64,000 bases of DNA. It comes from Promethearchaeota archaeon. GTDB lineage: Archaea; Asgardarchaeota; Lokiarchaeia; Sigyniarchaeales; SOKP01. The notes below the pieces were generated by a model that saw only the letters and a list, made by a program, of their open reading frames with translations, was not told where the DNA came from and searched no databases. This document shows, in pieces, positions 1 through 10,091 of this stretch (position 1 is the first letter of the stretch; every line of letters starts with the position of its first letter). A program made the position numbers and the translations under genes. The stretch lies in assembly GCA_030599585.1 (NCBI GenBank), contig JAUVNS010000005.1:1-64000 (forward strand), given 5' to 3'.

Positions 1-777
1 ATCAGTTGTCTTCCCGAACCAAACCGGTTTATTTTGATCAACAAAACAAAGGTTACAGTAGCACATAGGACAAGCTTCTCGACACGCGTAACACCTGGTA
101 CACACGCTTAACTCTTCCGTAATCTGGTTCCATTTTTCTTGAGGAGTTAACGCTTCAAACTCGGCAATGTCGCTAAAATCGTCTACGATGTTGGAGTATT
201 CTTCGCATTCGCCAACGCATAAGTCAGGGGCTTTAGAAACGAGAGGGGGTTTTCGAATTTTACAGGTCTTGCATAAATCGTTCATGTATTCGTCGTAAGA
301 AAATTCTTTTTCAAAATCCTTTCCTTTTACGATTATACTATTACCCGACACGGAGACCTCAAGAATTTCTTTTTCTCCAATTTCCATCTCAATTCGTTGT
401 CTATTTATTACACCGTTGCATGGAATTCCGATAATTTTTATCTCGTCTAATTTAATCTTATTTTCTGACGCTAAGTGAATTAAGGCTCTTCCTACGCAGC
501 CCTTAGAAACAACTCCTACCGTTAAGTTGCCTTTTTCTGAGTCTACAAATTTAGGCACTCGAGGTACTAAATACTTAGCTAAATTTACGTAGCATAAATT
601 GTTCCAAATCAACTTATCGACATCTTCTTCGCTATCGATTATAATTGGTTGAGAGAGCATAGGTAAAGTGCCTTCCATATAGCCAATGATCACATCGACT
701 TTTTTATCTTTTAGTAAACCTCTGGCAATTTCTCTTAGATTAGTCTCAATATCCTTATTTTCTGTCTCAAGTCCCAT
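1..777 (-). CDS. FlxC/FdhB-like 4Fe-4S protein of an Hdr-Flx type cluster (3' end runs off the window)
   Basis: Not in ORF track; read by hand from ATG at 777: MGLETENKDIETNLREIARGLLKDKKVDVIIGY...KGCVGRAL...IIGIPCNG...CTRCYACREACPMCYCNLCF. Directly follows mvhD/flxD. Confidence 0.8.
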   Translation of the reverse strand, partial: MGLETENKDIETNLREIARGLLKDKKVDVIIGYMEGTLPMLSQPIIIDSEEDVDKLIWNNLCYVNLAKYLVPRVPKFVDSEKGNLTVGVVSKGCVGRALIHLASENKIKLDEIKIIGIPCNGVINRQRIEMEIGEKEILEVSVSGNSIIVKGKDFEKEFSYDEYMNDLCKTCKIRKPPLVSKAPDLCVGECEEYSNIVDDFSDIAEFEALTPQEKWNQITEELSVCTRCYACREACPMCYCNLCFVDQNKPVWFGKTTD

Positions 778-782
778 AAGTT

Positions 783-1238
783 TCACCATTTCTTTTCAAA
801 TTTTGTGTTTGGACCCAATTTTTTTACGATTTCGGTTGCTTTTCGAACTAACACGGCAAAACGCTCGCCTTCTGCGGCAGAAGCCCACATAAAGTTAACT
901 CTCCCGGGTTCGATGCCAAAAAATTCTAAAAGTTCTTTTAATATCGCAAATCTTCTTCGGGCAACCAAATTTCCACTAATATAGTGGCAATCGCCAGGGT
1001 GACATCCAGAAATGAGAACCCCGTCCCAGCCATCAGTTAAACTTTTTATAATAAAATAAGCGTTAATCCTTCCAGAGCACGGGACCCTTACAATCCTAAT
1101 GTTTGGTGGGTATTGAATTCTACTCACGCCCGCTAAATCTGCTCCGGCGTAGGAACACCAATTACACAGAAAAGCGATAATTTTCGGTTCCCATTTCTTA
1201 CTTCCATCTTGATTTGATTCAACAACTTCTTCTGTCAT
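783..1238 (-). CDS. mvhD: MvhD/FlxD-family [2Fe-2S] subunit
   Basis: FLCNWCSYAGADLAG, RVPCSGR, GCHPGDCHY and WASAAEG motifs; GGAGGT SD upstream. Confidence 0.93.
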   Translation of the reverse strand: MTEEVVESNQDGSKKWEPKIIAFLCNWCSYAGADLAGVSRIQYPPNIRIVRVPCSGRINAYFIIKSLTDGWDGVLISGCHPGDCHYISGNLVARRRFAILKELLEFFGIEPGRVNFMWASAAEGERFAVLVRKATEIVKKLGPNTKFEKKW

Positions 1239-1240
1239 AT

Positions 1241-4200
1241 TTATAACCTCCCTGTTATCATAGCATATATTTGTTCAGAGGAAAAACCTGCTACATCTAT
1301 AGCGGCACACCTACAATTTCCGGAGCATGCACCACAACCTTTACATAGAGCACTATTAATAATGGCAACGGTACCGAATCGTCTATCCTCAATTAATTCT
1401 ATCGCATTATAAGCACAATTATCTATACACATCCCACAACCACTACATCTAGCAGGATCTATGGCCGCAATTTTGCCTTCGGCTTCAATTTCATCCTTTG
1501 AGAGAATTGTACACGCTCTTGAAACCGCGGCATTTGCTTGAGAGATAGAATCCTCAATTGTTTTTGGACAATGGGCTAAGCCAGCAACAAAAACTCCTTC
1601 CGTAGCAAAATCAACTGGTCGTAACTTAACATGTGCCTCTAAGAAAAAATTATCGTCATTTAGTGGCACTTTTAACAATTTGCCCAGTTCCTCGTTATTT
1701 TCTTTTTGGGCTACTATTCCAACACTTAGCACTACCATATCTGAGTTTATTAAAATTGTATCTTGATTAGGTGTAACTACACTCACTTTTAATTTCGAGC
1801 CTTCTGGAACTATTACAGGTAGATTATCTTCGTCGTAACGAATAAATACGATTCCTACTTCACGTGCCATTCTGTAATACTTTTCTTTAAATCCATAGGT
1901 TCTTATATCTCTAAACAAAATAACAATTTCAGTAGAAGGGCTTTGCTCTTTAGCTAATATTGCGTTTTTAATTGCCTCTGCGCAACACATTTTGCTACAA
2001 TAAGGATGTTCTTCGTTTCGCGATCCGACGCATTGAATCATAACAACTGACTTTTTGTTTTTAATATCATCAGTCGTGTTTATTACTTTCTCGAATTCAG
2101 ATTGAGTAATGACATTATCATTCGTACCATATAAAAATTCATGAGGTTCATATTCTTTAGCGCCTGTTGCTACAACTACAACTCCATGTTCAAATTCTGC
2201 TCTAGTCTTTTCTGGTCCGTGAATTACTACTGATTTGAAATTTCCAATATAACCATTAATAATTTCTATTTCAGCATCGGTGAAAACATGGATATTTGCG
2301 TGTGTTTTTACTTTCTCAATTAAGTCTGATAGAAAGGCTTGGACATTTCCCCCTTCAAGCGTCGTATATATGTTCCGGGCAAATCCCCCTATTTCCTTTT
2401 CTTTTTCGACTAAAAATGTTTCGAAATTTTGATTCGCAAAATTAAGAGCAGCAACCATACCGGTAATACCTCCCCCTATGACAAGAGTTTTAGGAGTAAC
2501 TCCCAATTTAATTCTTTCTAATGGCTGAATGTTTCTCGCTTTATTTACTGCCATTCTTACGAGATCCATTGATTTCTCTGTAGCTTCTTTATATTGGTTC
2601 ATATGAACCCAACTACATTGATCTCTAATATTCGCCATTTGAAATAGGTATCTATTCAATCCGGCTTCTCTAATAGTTTCTTGAAATAATGGTTCGTGAG
2701 TTCTTGGAGTGCAAGAAGCTACAATAACTCTATTTAAACTAAATTCCTTAATTTTATCCTTAATTATCGTTTGAGTGTCAGCCGAGCACGTATATAAATT
2801 TTGATCTGCTAAGACAACATTTGGAAGCGACTTTGCATACTTTACTACTTGGGGAACATCTACATATCCTCCGATATTCACTCCACAATGACATACAAAG
2901 ACACCAATTCTAGGTGGTTGACCGGCGACAAATATCTCTGGTGGTAATGTCTTTTCTGTGATTAGTGTATCTCTTTTTTCATGTAATAGGGTATTAACAC
3001 AGCCTGCAGCTGCACTAGCTTGAGTAACAGTCTCAGGAATATCTTTCGGTGAAGAAAATGCACCACACGCGAAAATTCCGGGAACTGTTGTCTGAACGGG
3101 ATTAAAAATATCCGTTTTAGCAAAGTTATATTCGTTTAATTCAATCCCAAATTTATCTGCTAAATATTTAGCATCATCTGGAGGGTTCAAACCAACAGAA
3201 AGTACAACCATCTCAAAATTCTCTTGAATTATTTTCCCATCTTCTGATTCGTACTTCAATATCAGATCCTTAGTTTCTGGATCTTCATTGATTGAAGAAA
3301 TACGGCTTCGGATATAGCGCACTCCGTATTCTTCTTGCGCACGAATAATATATTTATCAAAATCTTTTCCGAACGCCCGTATATCCATGCTAAAAATTGT
3401 TGGTCTTATTTGATGCATGTGTTCGTGGGCAATTACTGCTTCTTTTGCAGTATACATACAACACACGGAAGAACAATAAGGTTGACCATTTCCTGTAAAG
3501 TCTCGAGATCCAATACATTGAAGAAACGCGACTTTTTCTGGTATGTCTCCATCAGACGGTCTTAATACTTTCCCTGTATATGGACCACTAGCGCTTAAAA
3601 TTCGCTCGAACTCAATACTTGTAACTACATTTTTGTATTTGCCATAACCATACAAATTACCTTCTGGAGGTATGTATTCATCATATCCGGGTGATAATAC
3701 AATACCCCCTACTTTTAATTCAATAATCTCATCTTCTAAATCATATTCTACGGCATTTGCTTTACACACTCCTTTACAAATCCCGCACCCAATACAATAA
3801 TCTTTATTTATAGCGTACACAAGTGGGACTGCTTGGGGATACTTGACCGCTGTTGCAGCGAATTTAGATAATTTTTCGTTAAATACATCAATCGCCTCAA
3901 CGGGGCACGCTCGACCACAAACACCACATCCCGTACACTTATCCATGTTCACATATAATGTTTTTTTTAACACTTTTATCGTAAAATTACCGGCTTCTCC
4001 TATAACATCTAAGATTTTACAATTTATACTTAAATCAATATTATGATGACGCCCCGTCTCTACTAGTTTAGGGCTTACAATACACATTGCACAATCGTTA
4101 GTTGGGAATGTTTTATCCAACTGAGCCATTACACCACCTATGCTTGTTGTTGATTCAACTAAATAAACTTTGAAACCAGCGTCGCCTAAATCCAAAGCTG

Positions 4201-4255
4201 TTTGAGACCCTCCAATTCCAGCTCCTACAACTAATACCGCTCCTACTTTTTCCAT
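1241..4255 (-). CDS. hdrA: Large (1004 aa) heterodisulfide reductase subunit A-like flavoprotein with two FAD/TrxR modules and ferredoxin domains
   Basis: VGAGIGG; QLDKTFPTNDCAMC; CIGSRD...YCSSVCC; then PRIGVFVCHCG, ASCTPRTHE, IGGGITG, CVGSR...CSKMCC; C-terminal 2x[4Fe-4S]. Confidence 0.95.
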   Translation of the reverse strand: MEKVGAVLVVGAGIGGSQTALDLGDAGFKVYLVESTTSIGGVMAQLDKTFPTNDCAMCIVSPKLVETGRHHNIDLSINCKILDVIGEAGNFTIKVLKKTLYVNMDKCTGCGVCGRACPVEAIDVFNEKLSKFAATAVKYPQAVPLVYAINKDYCIGCGICKGVCKANAVEYDLEDEIIELKVGGIVLSPGYDEYIPPEGNLYGYGKYKNVVTSIEFERILSASGPYTGKVLRPSDGDIPEKVAFLQCIGSRDFTGNGQPYCSSVCCMYTAKEAVIAHEHMHQIRPTIFSMDIRAFGKDFDKYIIRAQEEYGVRYIRSRISSINEDPETKDLILKYESEDGKIIQENFEMVVLSVGLNPPDDAKYLADKFGIELNEYNFAKTDIFNPVQTTVPGIFACGAFSSPKDIPETVTQASAAAGCVNTLLHEKRDTLITEKTLPPEIFVAGQPPRIGVFVCHCGVNIGGYVDVPQVVKYAKSLPNVVLADQNLYTCSADTQTIIKDKIKEFSLNRVIVASCTPRTHEPLFQETIREAGLNRYLFQMANIRDQCSWVHMNQYKEATEKSMDLVRMAVNKARNIQPLERIKLGVTPKTLVIGGGITGMVAALNFANQNFETFLVEKEKEIGGFARNIYTTLEGGNVQAFLSDLIEKVKTHANIHVFTDAEIEIINGYIGNFKSVVIHGPEKTRAEFEHGVVVVATGAKEYEPHEFLYGTNDNVITQSEFEKVINTTDDIKNKKSVVMIQCVGSRNEEHPYCSKMCCAEAIKNAILAKEQSPSTEIVILFRDIRTYGFKEKYYRMAREVGIVFIRYDEDNLPVIVPEGSKLKVSVVTPNQDTILINSDMVVLSVGIVAQKENNEELGKLLKVPLNDDNFFLEAHVKLRPVDFATEGVFVAGLAHCPKTIEDSISQANAAVSRACTILSKDEIEAEGKIAAIDPARCSGCGMCIDNCAYNAIELIEDRRFGTVAIINSALCKGCGACSGNCRCAAIDVAGFSSEQIYAMITGRL

Positions 4256-4267
4256 TCTTGAATACCT

Positions 4268-5029
4268 CTATATTCTCATATATAACGGAGTATTTCCGTC
4301 AATTTTTTGATAATCTATTTCTCCTCTACTCTTTAAAGTTAGCATGTTTTCTAAAATTTCACTTGGATCCAGTTTTAGTTCAGCAGCTAAATCTTTAACG
4401 GATAAAACTTTAGTACTTAATGAAAGTAAAATTCGATGCCTTACAAATTCATCGTGGATTGCTTCGTCAAAAATAGCGTTAAATTCATCGATTGGCACTT
4501 TCTCTCCATACTCGTTTTCAACTTCTGTAATTTTTCTCTGCCGTCCTACTAGAGCCCTAATCCTATCACTTGAAACAGAATTTTCCATAGCTTTTAGATT
4601 ATTGAATAACTCTTGATCGATGTTCTCTCCGCTAAGGGGAGATGGTCCTTGTTCGCGAATTGATTCGATAAACTCGGTAACTACCTTAGCGAATCTTACT
4701 CCTTCAGAAGCAGAAACCCAATCTAATCTTATTCTTTTATCAAAATTGACCATCTTAAGAAATTTTTGTACCATGATAAACTTCTTTTCCGCTTCGTAGT
4801 TTCCTTCCAAATAATGGCAATCTCCCGGATGACAACCTAAGACAAATACTCCATCTATTCCTGTTAAAAGAGCTTTGAAAATAAATACAGGATCAACCCT
4901 ACCACTACACATAACTCTGATAACTCTCATGTTAGGGGGATATTGAATTCTACTTACTCCTGCTAAATCTGCTCCTGCGTAGGAACACCAATTACATAAA
5001 AACCCTAGAATTTTTGGTTCAAACGTCAT
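4268..5029 (-). CDS. mvhD: MvhD-family [2Fe-2S] subunit with C-terminal helical/winged-HTH extension
   Basis: FLCNWCSYAGAD, CSGR and GCHPGDCHY motifs; extra ~120 aa ending LSVKDLAAELKLDPSEILENMLTLKSRGEI. Confidence 0.88.
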   Translation of the reverse strand: MTFEPKILGFLCNWCSYAGADLAGVSRIQYPPNMRVIRVMCSGRVDPVFIFKALLTGIDGVFVLGCHPGDCHYLEGNYEAEKKFIMVQKFLKMVNFDKRIRLDWVSASEGVRFAKVVTEFIESIREQGPSPLSGENIDQELFNNLKAMENSVSSDRIRALVGRQRKITEVENEYGEKVPIDEFNAIFDEAIHDEFVRHRILLSLSTKVLSVKDLAAELKLDPSEILENMLTLKSRGEIDYQKIDGNTPLYMRI

Positions 5030-6714
5030 TATACTTCTTTCCCTCCATATGCATATATTTCAGAAAGTATTTGTTGATCTGTAAAATGTCTTATAATAAT
5101 AGCGTGGTTAGTACATGTAGCGCCACATACGCCACAACCTTTACATAAAACTTGAGTAATTACTATTTCGTCTTCCTCATTCTTGCTTATAGCATTATAC
5201 GGACAGACTTTTATACACACTTCGCAACCTGTGCACAAACTTTTGTTGTAATCGGGTAAAAATGATGTAGCGCCCTCAACTTCTATTGTATCGTGAGAAA
5301 TTATCGTGCTAGCTCTTGCTGCTGCCGCATATCCTTGAGATATAGATTCTGTAATATCAACAGGCCATTTTGCAGAACCACAAACAAAAACTCCCGCGGT
5401 AGCGAAATCCATTGGACGCAGTTTTACATGTGCTTCTAAAAAGAATCCGTTTTCTTCTAACGGAACTTTTATCATTTGTGCTAGAGCTTTATTATCATTA
5501 TTTGAAACTAAGGGTGTTGATAGTACACAAAGATCATATGGAATTAACAATTCTTCTCCAAGATATTGATTATATACTTTTATTTGATTCTCTTCTACAG
5601 ATGGCTCTTTTTCAGGAGAATATTCAATAAATACAACACCTGCTTCTCGAGCTCTTCTATAATAATCTTCATAATGAGTACCAGGTGTATATAAATCCCT
5701 AAAAAGTATGGATACATTTGCTTTCGGATTGGTCTCCTTTAAAATGAGCGCATTTTTTAGGGCAGTCATACAGCATACGCTTGAACAATATACTCTCTCA
5801 TCATTACGAGATCCAACGCACTGTATCATCACAATATCGTTGGCTTTAACATCATTATTATTTAATTTATTTTCTAATTCGTGTTGTGTAATTCGGATCT
5901 TACCATCATAGCCGAAATATCCGGTTGGTGTGAAAAGTGAGGTTCCAACAGCAACGAGAATAACACCAATAGTTAAATCAATATTACTCCCATTTTTTTC
6001 AACGCTTACCTCAAAATTACCTACAAATCCTTCTATATTTTTTACCTCGGCTGAAGTATGAATTTTCAGATTTTCCTTACTTCCAACATTTTTCTTAAGA
6101 TTGTCTAATAAAATTTGAGCTTCTTGGTCATTCGGGAAAAGTTTATGTAGCGTTTTCAGCCTTCCACCTAATTCGTTTTCTCTTTCCACTAAATGGGTTT
6201 CAAATCCTTGATTTGCTAAACTAAGCGCAGCAGTCATCCCTGAAACGCCTCCACCAATTACTAACGCTGTAGGAGTTGCATCAACTATAATATTATCAAG
6301 TGCTTCAAGCTTAGCTGCTTTTGCCACACCCATACGAATTAAATCTTTAGCCTTGTCAAACGCCTCCTGAGGGTATTTCTGATGGCACCATGTGTTTTGG
6401 TCTCTTATGTTTACAAAATTAAAGAGATACTCATTTACTCCTTCTTTTTTAACACAATCTCGGAATAAAGGTTCATGAGTTCTTGGAGTACATGATGCGA
6501 CAATTACTCTATTCAAATTATGGTCTTTGATTCCATTTTTAATTTGTGCTAATCCTGTTTCTGAGCAAGTATAGAGATTATCCTCCGTAAACACTACATT
6601 TGGTAGAGTTTTAGAATATTCGGCAAGAGCTTTAACATCTATAAGCCCTCCAATATTACTTCCACAAGAACAGACAAATACTCCAATTCTAGGTTCTTCT
6701 TCTTTATCAGACAT
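5029..6714 (-). CDS. hdrA: HdrA-like flavoprotein matching the C-terminal half of the 1004-aa HdrA (QmoB-like layout)
   Basis: PRIGVFVCSCG, ASCTPRTHEPLF, IGGGVSG, CVGSR...YCSSVCC, EAHVKLRP; C-terminal 2x[4Fe-4S]. Confidence 0.92.
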   Translation of the reverse strand: MSDKEEEPRIGVFVCSCGSNIGGLIDVKALAEYSKTLPNVVFTEDNLYTCSETGLAQIKNGIKDHNLNRVIVASCTPRTHEPLFRDCVKKEGVNEYLFNFVNIRDQNTWCHQKYPQEAFDKAKDLIRMGVAKAAKLEALDNIIVDATPTALVIGGGVSGMTAALSLANQGFETHLVERENELGGRLKTLHKLFPNDQEAQILLDNLKKNVGSKENLKIHTSAEVKNIEGFVGNFEVSVEKNGSNIDLTIGVILVAVGTSLFTPTGYFGYDGKIRITQHELENKLNNNDVKANDIVMIQCVGSRNDERVYCSSVCCMTALKNALILKETNPKANVSILFRDLYTPGTHYEDYYRRAREAGVVFIEYSPEKEPSVEENQIKVYNQYLGEELLIPYDLCVLSTPLVSNNDNKALAQMIKVPLEENGFFLEAHVKLRPMDFATAGVFVCGSAKWPVDITESISQGYAAAARASTIISHDTIEVEGATSFLPDYNKSLCTGCEVCIKVCPYNAISKNEEDEIVITQVLCKGCGVCGATCTNHAIIIRHFTDQQILSEIYAYGGKEV

Positions 6715-6720
6715 ATTTTT

Positions 6721-8034
6721 TTAACCTCCTTTTATTACTTCTGCAGCTCTTGCTGCTGCCCCGCTGGCTTCAGCAACAGACCGAGGAATATCCATTGGTT
6801 CCCGAGCGCATCCGCAAGTATAAATTCCTTCTGCACTTGTTTCAACAGGTAAAAATGGATTCGTTTTCACATAATCGTAATGATCTAAATCAATACCTAA
6901 TACATCTGCTAATTTATTTATCCCTCTCGATGGGATTATACAAGTTGCTAATACAACCAAATCTACTGTTAATTGTTTTATTTCAGATGTTTCGTAATCT
7001 TCATACGTGATTATCGGATTATCATCCTTATCAACATTTACGTGAGAAATTTTACTTTTTAAATATTTAATATTATACTCTTTAGCGCCCCTTTGTAGAA
7101 ATTTTTGAAATCCTTTGCCTCCCGCTCTCATATCAATATAAAACACATAAGATTCCAACTCATTGTCGTGTTCATATGCAATCATAGCTTCTTTTGTAGT
7201 ATACATACAACAAACAGAGGAACAATACATTTGTCCTTTCTGAGAGCGCGAATCAATACATTGAAGATACGCGATTTTTTTTGGGTGCTTTCCATCGCTT
7301 AATCTACTTAAATGGCCTGCTTGTGGGCCTGAAGCACAAATCAATCTCTCAAGTTCCATTGCTGTGATTACATTATCATATTTTTGATAGCCATACATAT
7401 TTAAAGTATGAATATCTTCTGCTAAATCTAAACCAGTAGCAACTATAATTGCTCCAATATTATCTAAACTAAGTATTGAGTCTTTTTGCGTAAAATCAAT
7501 CGCGTCCGCACCACAGTTTTGGTAGCACAACCCACAAATTTCATAATTTAAATATAAACATTTATTTGGATCAATACGATACGCCGCAGGAACTGCAGCT
7601 GGAAAGGCTATTTGTGCTGCTGCTTGAGTAACCAAATTTGCATCAAAGAAGTTAGTAATTCCTCTAACAGGACATATAGCTCCACAATCACCGCAATTGG
7701 TACAAACACCTTCTTTAACATACCGAGCGTGTTTTAGCACATCGACAGAAAAATTACCTACTGAACCTCCTATTTTTTGGATCTCTGCAAGAGTATGTAG
7801 CGTAATATTATCATGTCTATAACATTCTGAAAGTTTAGGAGCGAGAATACAGATTGAACAATCAAGTGTAGGGAATGTTTTATCTAATTGAGCCATTCTG
7901 CCTCCAATGCAAGGCTGTTTTTCGATCAAATATACCTGTATTCCCATATCGCCTAGATCTAGGGCAGCTTGAATGCCCGCGATTCCTGCTCCAATAATTA
8001 CAACTGATTTTGAATTTTCTCCCAAATTTTTCAC
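6721..8034 (-). CDS. hdrA: HdrA-like flavoprotein matching the N-terminal half of the 1004-aa HdrA (QmoA-like layout, with ferredoxin insert)
   Basis: GTG start; IGAGIAG, QLDKTFPTLDCSIC, inserted CxxCxxCxxxCP motifs, YCSSVCC, PMDIPRSV. Confidence 0.92.
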   Translation of the reverse strand: MKNLGENSKSVVIIGAGIAGIQAALDLGDMGIQVYLIEKQPCIGGRMAQLDKTFPTLDCSICILAPKLSECYRHDNITLHTLAEIQKIGGSVGNFSVDVLKHARYVKEGVCTNCGDCGAICPVRGITNFFDANLVTQAAAQIAFPAAVPAAYRIDPNKCLYLNYEICGLCYQNCGADAIDFTQKDSILSLDNIGAIIVATGLDLAEDIHTLNMYGYQKYDNVITAMELERLICASGPQAGHLSRLSDGKHPKKIAYLQCIDSRSQKGQMYCSSVCCMYTTKEAMIAYEHDNELESYVFYIDMRAGGKGFQKFLQRGAKEYNIKYLKSKISHVNVDKDDNPIITYEDYETSEIKQLTVDLVVLATCIIPSRGINKLADVLGIDLDHYDYVKTNPFLPVETSAEGIYTCGCAREPMDIPRSVAEASGAAARAAEVIKGG

Positions 8035-8037
8035 CTA

Positions 8038-9159
8038 TTAAGATTTATTTATTTTATTGTTTGTCATTCTCCTTAGCAAGTCAATTTTTTTTACCTTCCA
8101 TTCCGTAATTGTAGACTTCTTAGGAGTAAATTTATCAATATAACCGGCCATCATTGCATTACTGATAAGAGTTTCACCTTTTTCAGTGCGTATCACAACC
8201 ATTGAATTTTGTTGAACCGCACCAGAGCCACCAAAGCTAATATCAGAAAATCTGCCTGTGAACTCGTCGCAATCATGGCAATGATTCCTTACAGCATCGT
8301 CAAACTTATGGAGTTCGACTTCATAAACTTTATTTTCTTTATTTGTTATGTAAAAATTCTTTTTTATGTTCATCTTAGCTATATTTGTTGGATCTTCGTT
8401 AGTCTCCTTCTTCACTAGCTGGAACAATTTCTCATAATCAAAGTTTTCCATACAAAACAAACCAAAGACATATTTAATGACATGGGCAGGGCTGATACTT
8501 AATAGTTGCATTTTTCGGACAGCTCTACACTGACAAGGAGTTCCAACAAACGCCATGCGAATTTGATTTATATCATAAATTTGATGTTGCTTTTCAACAA
8601 TTTCCTGTGCAATAGTATAAAGATCTGTTAGAGGTAAAATGTTTGACGATATTGAATATCTTGTCCCTGAAGATTTCAACAGTTCCTCTTTGTTATATAT
8701 GATTTTTGGAATCGGTTTTAATTTATCGTCATATTCAGATACAATAGCAGCATCAATTTTATTTTTATCAAATAAGTACGTCAGAAGAGTGGTTACTAAA
8801 CCTCCATCTTGTCCCATTTCTTTTATTTTTTCATCCTTCGTTTTTGCCGCAATTACATTTTGAATAAACCCAATCTCATCTTTGATTCGATACTCTTCTT
8901 TTAAATGTTTCATCAACGGTTCTGTTTGCGGACAGATATAATAACATACTCCACATTCTTTACAATTTTCAACATTCGCATCTGAAATGAATTGAGGCGT
9001 ATATCCTTCCATTTTGATGACATCAAAAGTCTGGCTTGAACAATAAGCTACGCAAGCGCCACAAGCACAGCACTTGTTAGCTTTAATGATTTCATCTTCA
9101 AGATCCTTGAAGACTTTAACATCTTTTAATACTGTTTTTTTGGGTAATACATCTGCCAT
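8038..9159 (-). CDS. F420H2 dehydrogenase subunit F / FrhB-family protein (N-terminal 2x[4Fe-4S] plus FrhB domain)
   Basis: CCACGACVAYC and CKECGVCYYICP; GQDGGLVT, SGTRY, VGTPCQ, GLFCMENF, CHDC, DISFG. Confidence 0.88.
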   Translation of the reverse strand: MADVLPKKTVLKDVKVFKDLEDEIIKANKCCACGACVAYCSSQTFDVIKMEGYTPQFISDANVENCKECGVCYYICPQTEPLMKHLKEEYRIKDEIGFIQNVIAAKTKDEKIKEMGQDGGLVTTLLTYLFDKNKIDAAIVSEYDDKLKPIPKIIYNKEELLKSSGTRYSISSNILPLTDLYTIAQEIVEKQHQIYDINQIRMAFVGTPCQCRAVRKMQLLSISPAHVIKYVFGLFCMENFDYEKLFQLVKKETNEDPTNIAKMNIKKNFYITNKENKVYEVELHKFDDAVRNHCHDCDEFTGRFSDISFGGSGAVQQNSMVVIRTEKGETLISNAMMAGYIDKFTPKKSTITEWKVKKIDLLRRMTNNKINKS

Positions 9160-9214
9160 AAAATATCAATTCCTCTAATAATTCCTAATTATTTTATTAT
9201 TTTTATTGTGAATT

Positions 9215-10090
9215 TCAAACTGTAAAGTTAATACTTTCAAATAGCTTACTTGGTTTTATCCTGTGAAATTTAAATCCTAACTCTTCTGGTATGAAACCAA
9301 ACGCTAATGCGATTAACTCTGAGAGATAGAAAATTGGAAAATCATATTCTGAATTGTTTTTTTTATTGAGTTCTCGTTGGTTAAACTCAAATTGTTGATA
9401 ACAAGCAGGGCAAACCACAACAACGCAATTGGCTCCTGATTCTTTAATAGCTTTCAATTTGTTATCAATCAGTTGCAAAGATAAATCTTTATCTGATTTT
9501 TCAACCGGATTTCCACAACATTCCATCTTTAAATCGTAATCAATAGATTCAGCTCCAAGATTTTTAACAATTTCATCTAAAGTAACTGGCTCGAAAGGAT
9601 CGTCCCATTCAATAATTTCTGAAGGTCTTAAATAGTGACAACCGTAATGAACCGCAACCTTAAAGCCTTCTAGTGGTTTTTCAACATTATTTTTAACTTT
9701 GTCGAGATTTTCATAAAGTACCTGAGCAAAGTGTTTTACCTCTACTTTACCATCATAAGCTTTTCCTACTTTACTTAAGTAATCATTTACTTCTTTCTTA
9801 GTGTTCTCATCCCTATTTAGACTATAGTTAACGCCCTTTAAGGTTTCAACACAACCAGAACAAAACGATATTATCCCACCATTACTGTTACACAAACTTA
9901 AATTTCGAGCCCCTAAAGTCAGCCAAGTCTTATGATCTATTTGTTCAATCCCTGTTGGATCAGGACAACAACTGAAACCATCAACATCGCGCAATTCAAT
10001 ACCAAGTTTTTCAAAAATCTTCCTTGAGGATACTTCTAAATAAGGTAATCTGGCAGGTATAACGCACCCTAAAAATAAGTCAAATACCAT
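9215..10090 (-). CDS. hdrB: Heterodisulfide reductase subunit B
   Basis: Two CCG-type domains: FLGC...SCCP...CSGC and HYGCH...ECCG...CPAC. Confidence 0.95.
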   Translation of the reverse strand: MVFDLFLGCVIPARLPYLEVSSRKIFEKLGIELRDVDGFSCCPDPTGIEQIDHKTWLTLGARNLSLCNSNGGIISFCSGCVETLKGVNYSLNRDENTKKEVNDYLSKVGKAYDGKVEVKHFAQVLYENLDKVKNNVEKPLEGFKVAVHYGCHYLRPSEIIEWDDPFEPVTLDEIVKNLGAESIDYDLKMECCGNPVEKSDKDLSLQLIDNKLKAIKESGANCVVVVCPACYQQFEFNQRELNKKNNSEYDFPIFYLSELIALAFGFIPEELGFKFHRIKPSKLFESINFTV

Positions 10091-10091
10091 T

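Noticed and set aside
1110-1170. Near-identical DNA at ~1110-1170 and ~4940-5000
   Set aside because: Explained by the conserved N-termini of the two mvhD paralogues, not a repeat element.
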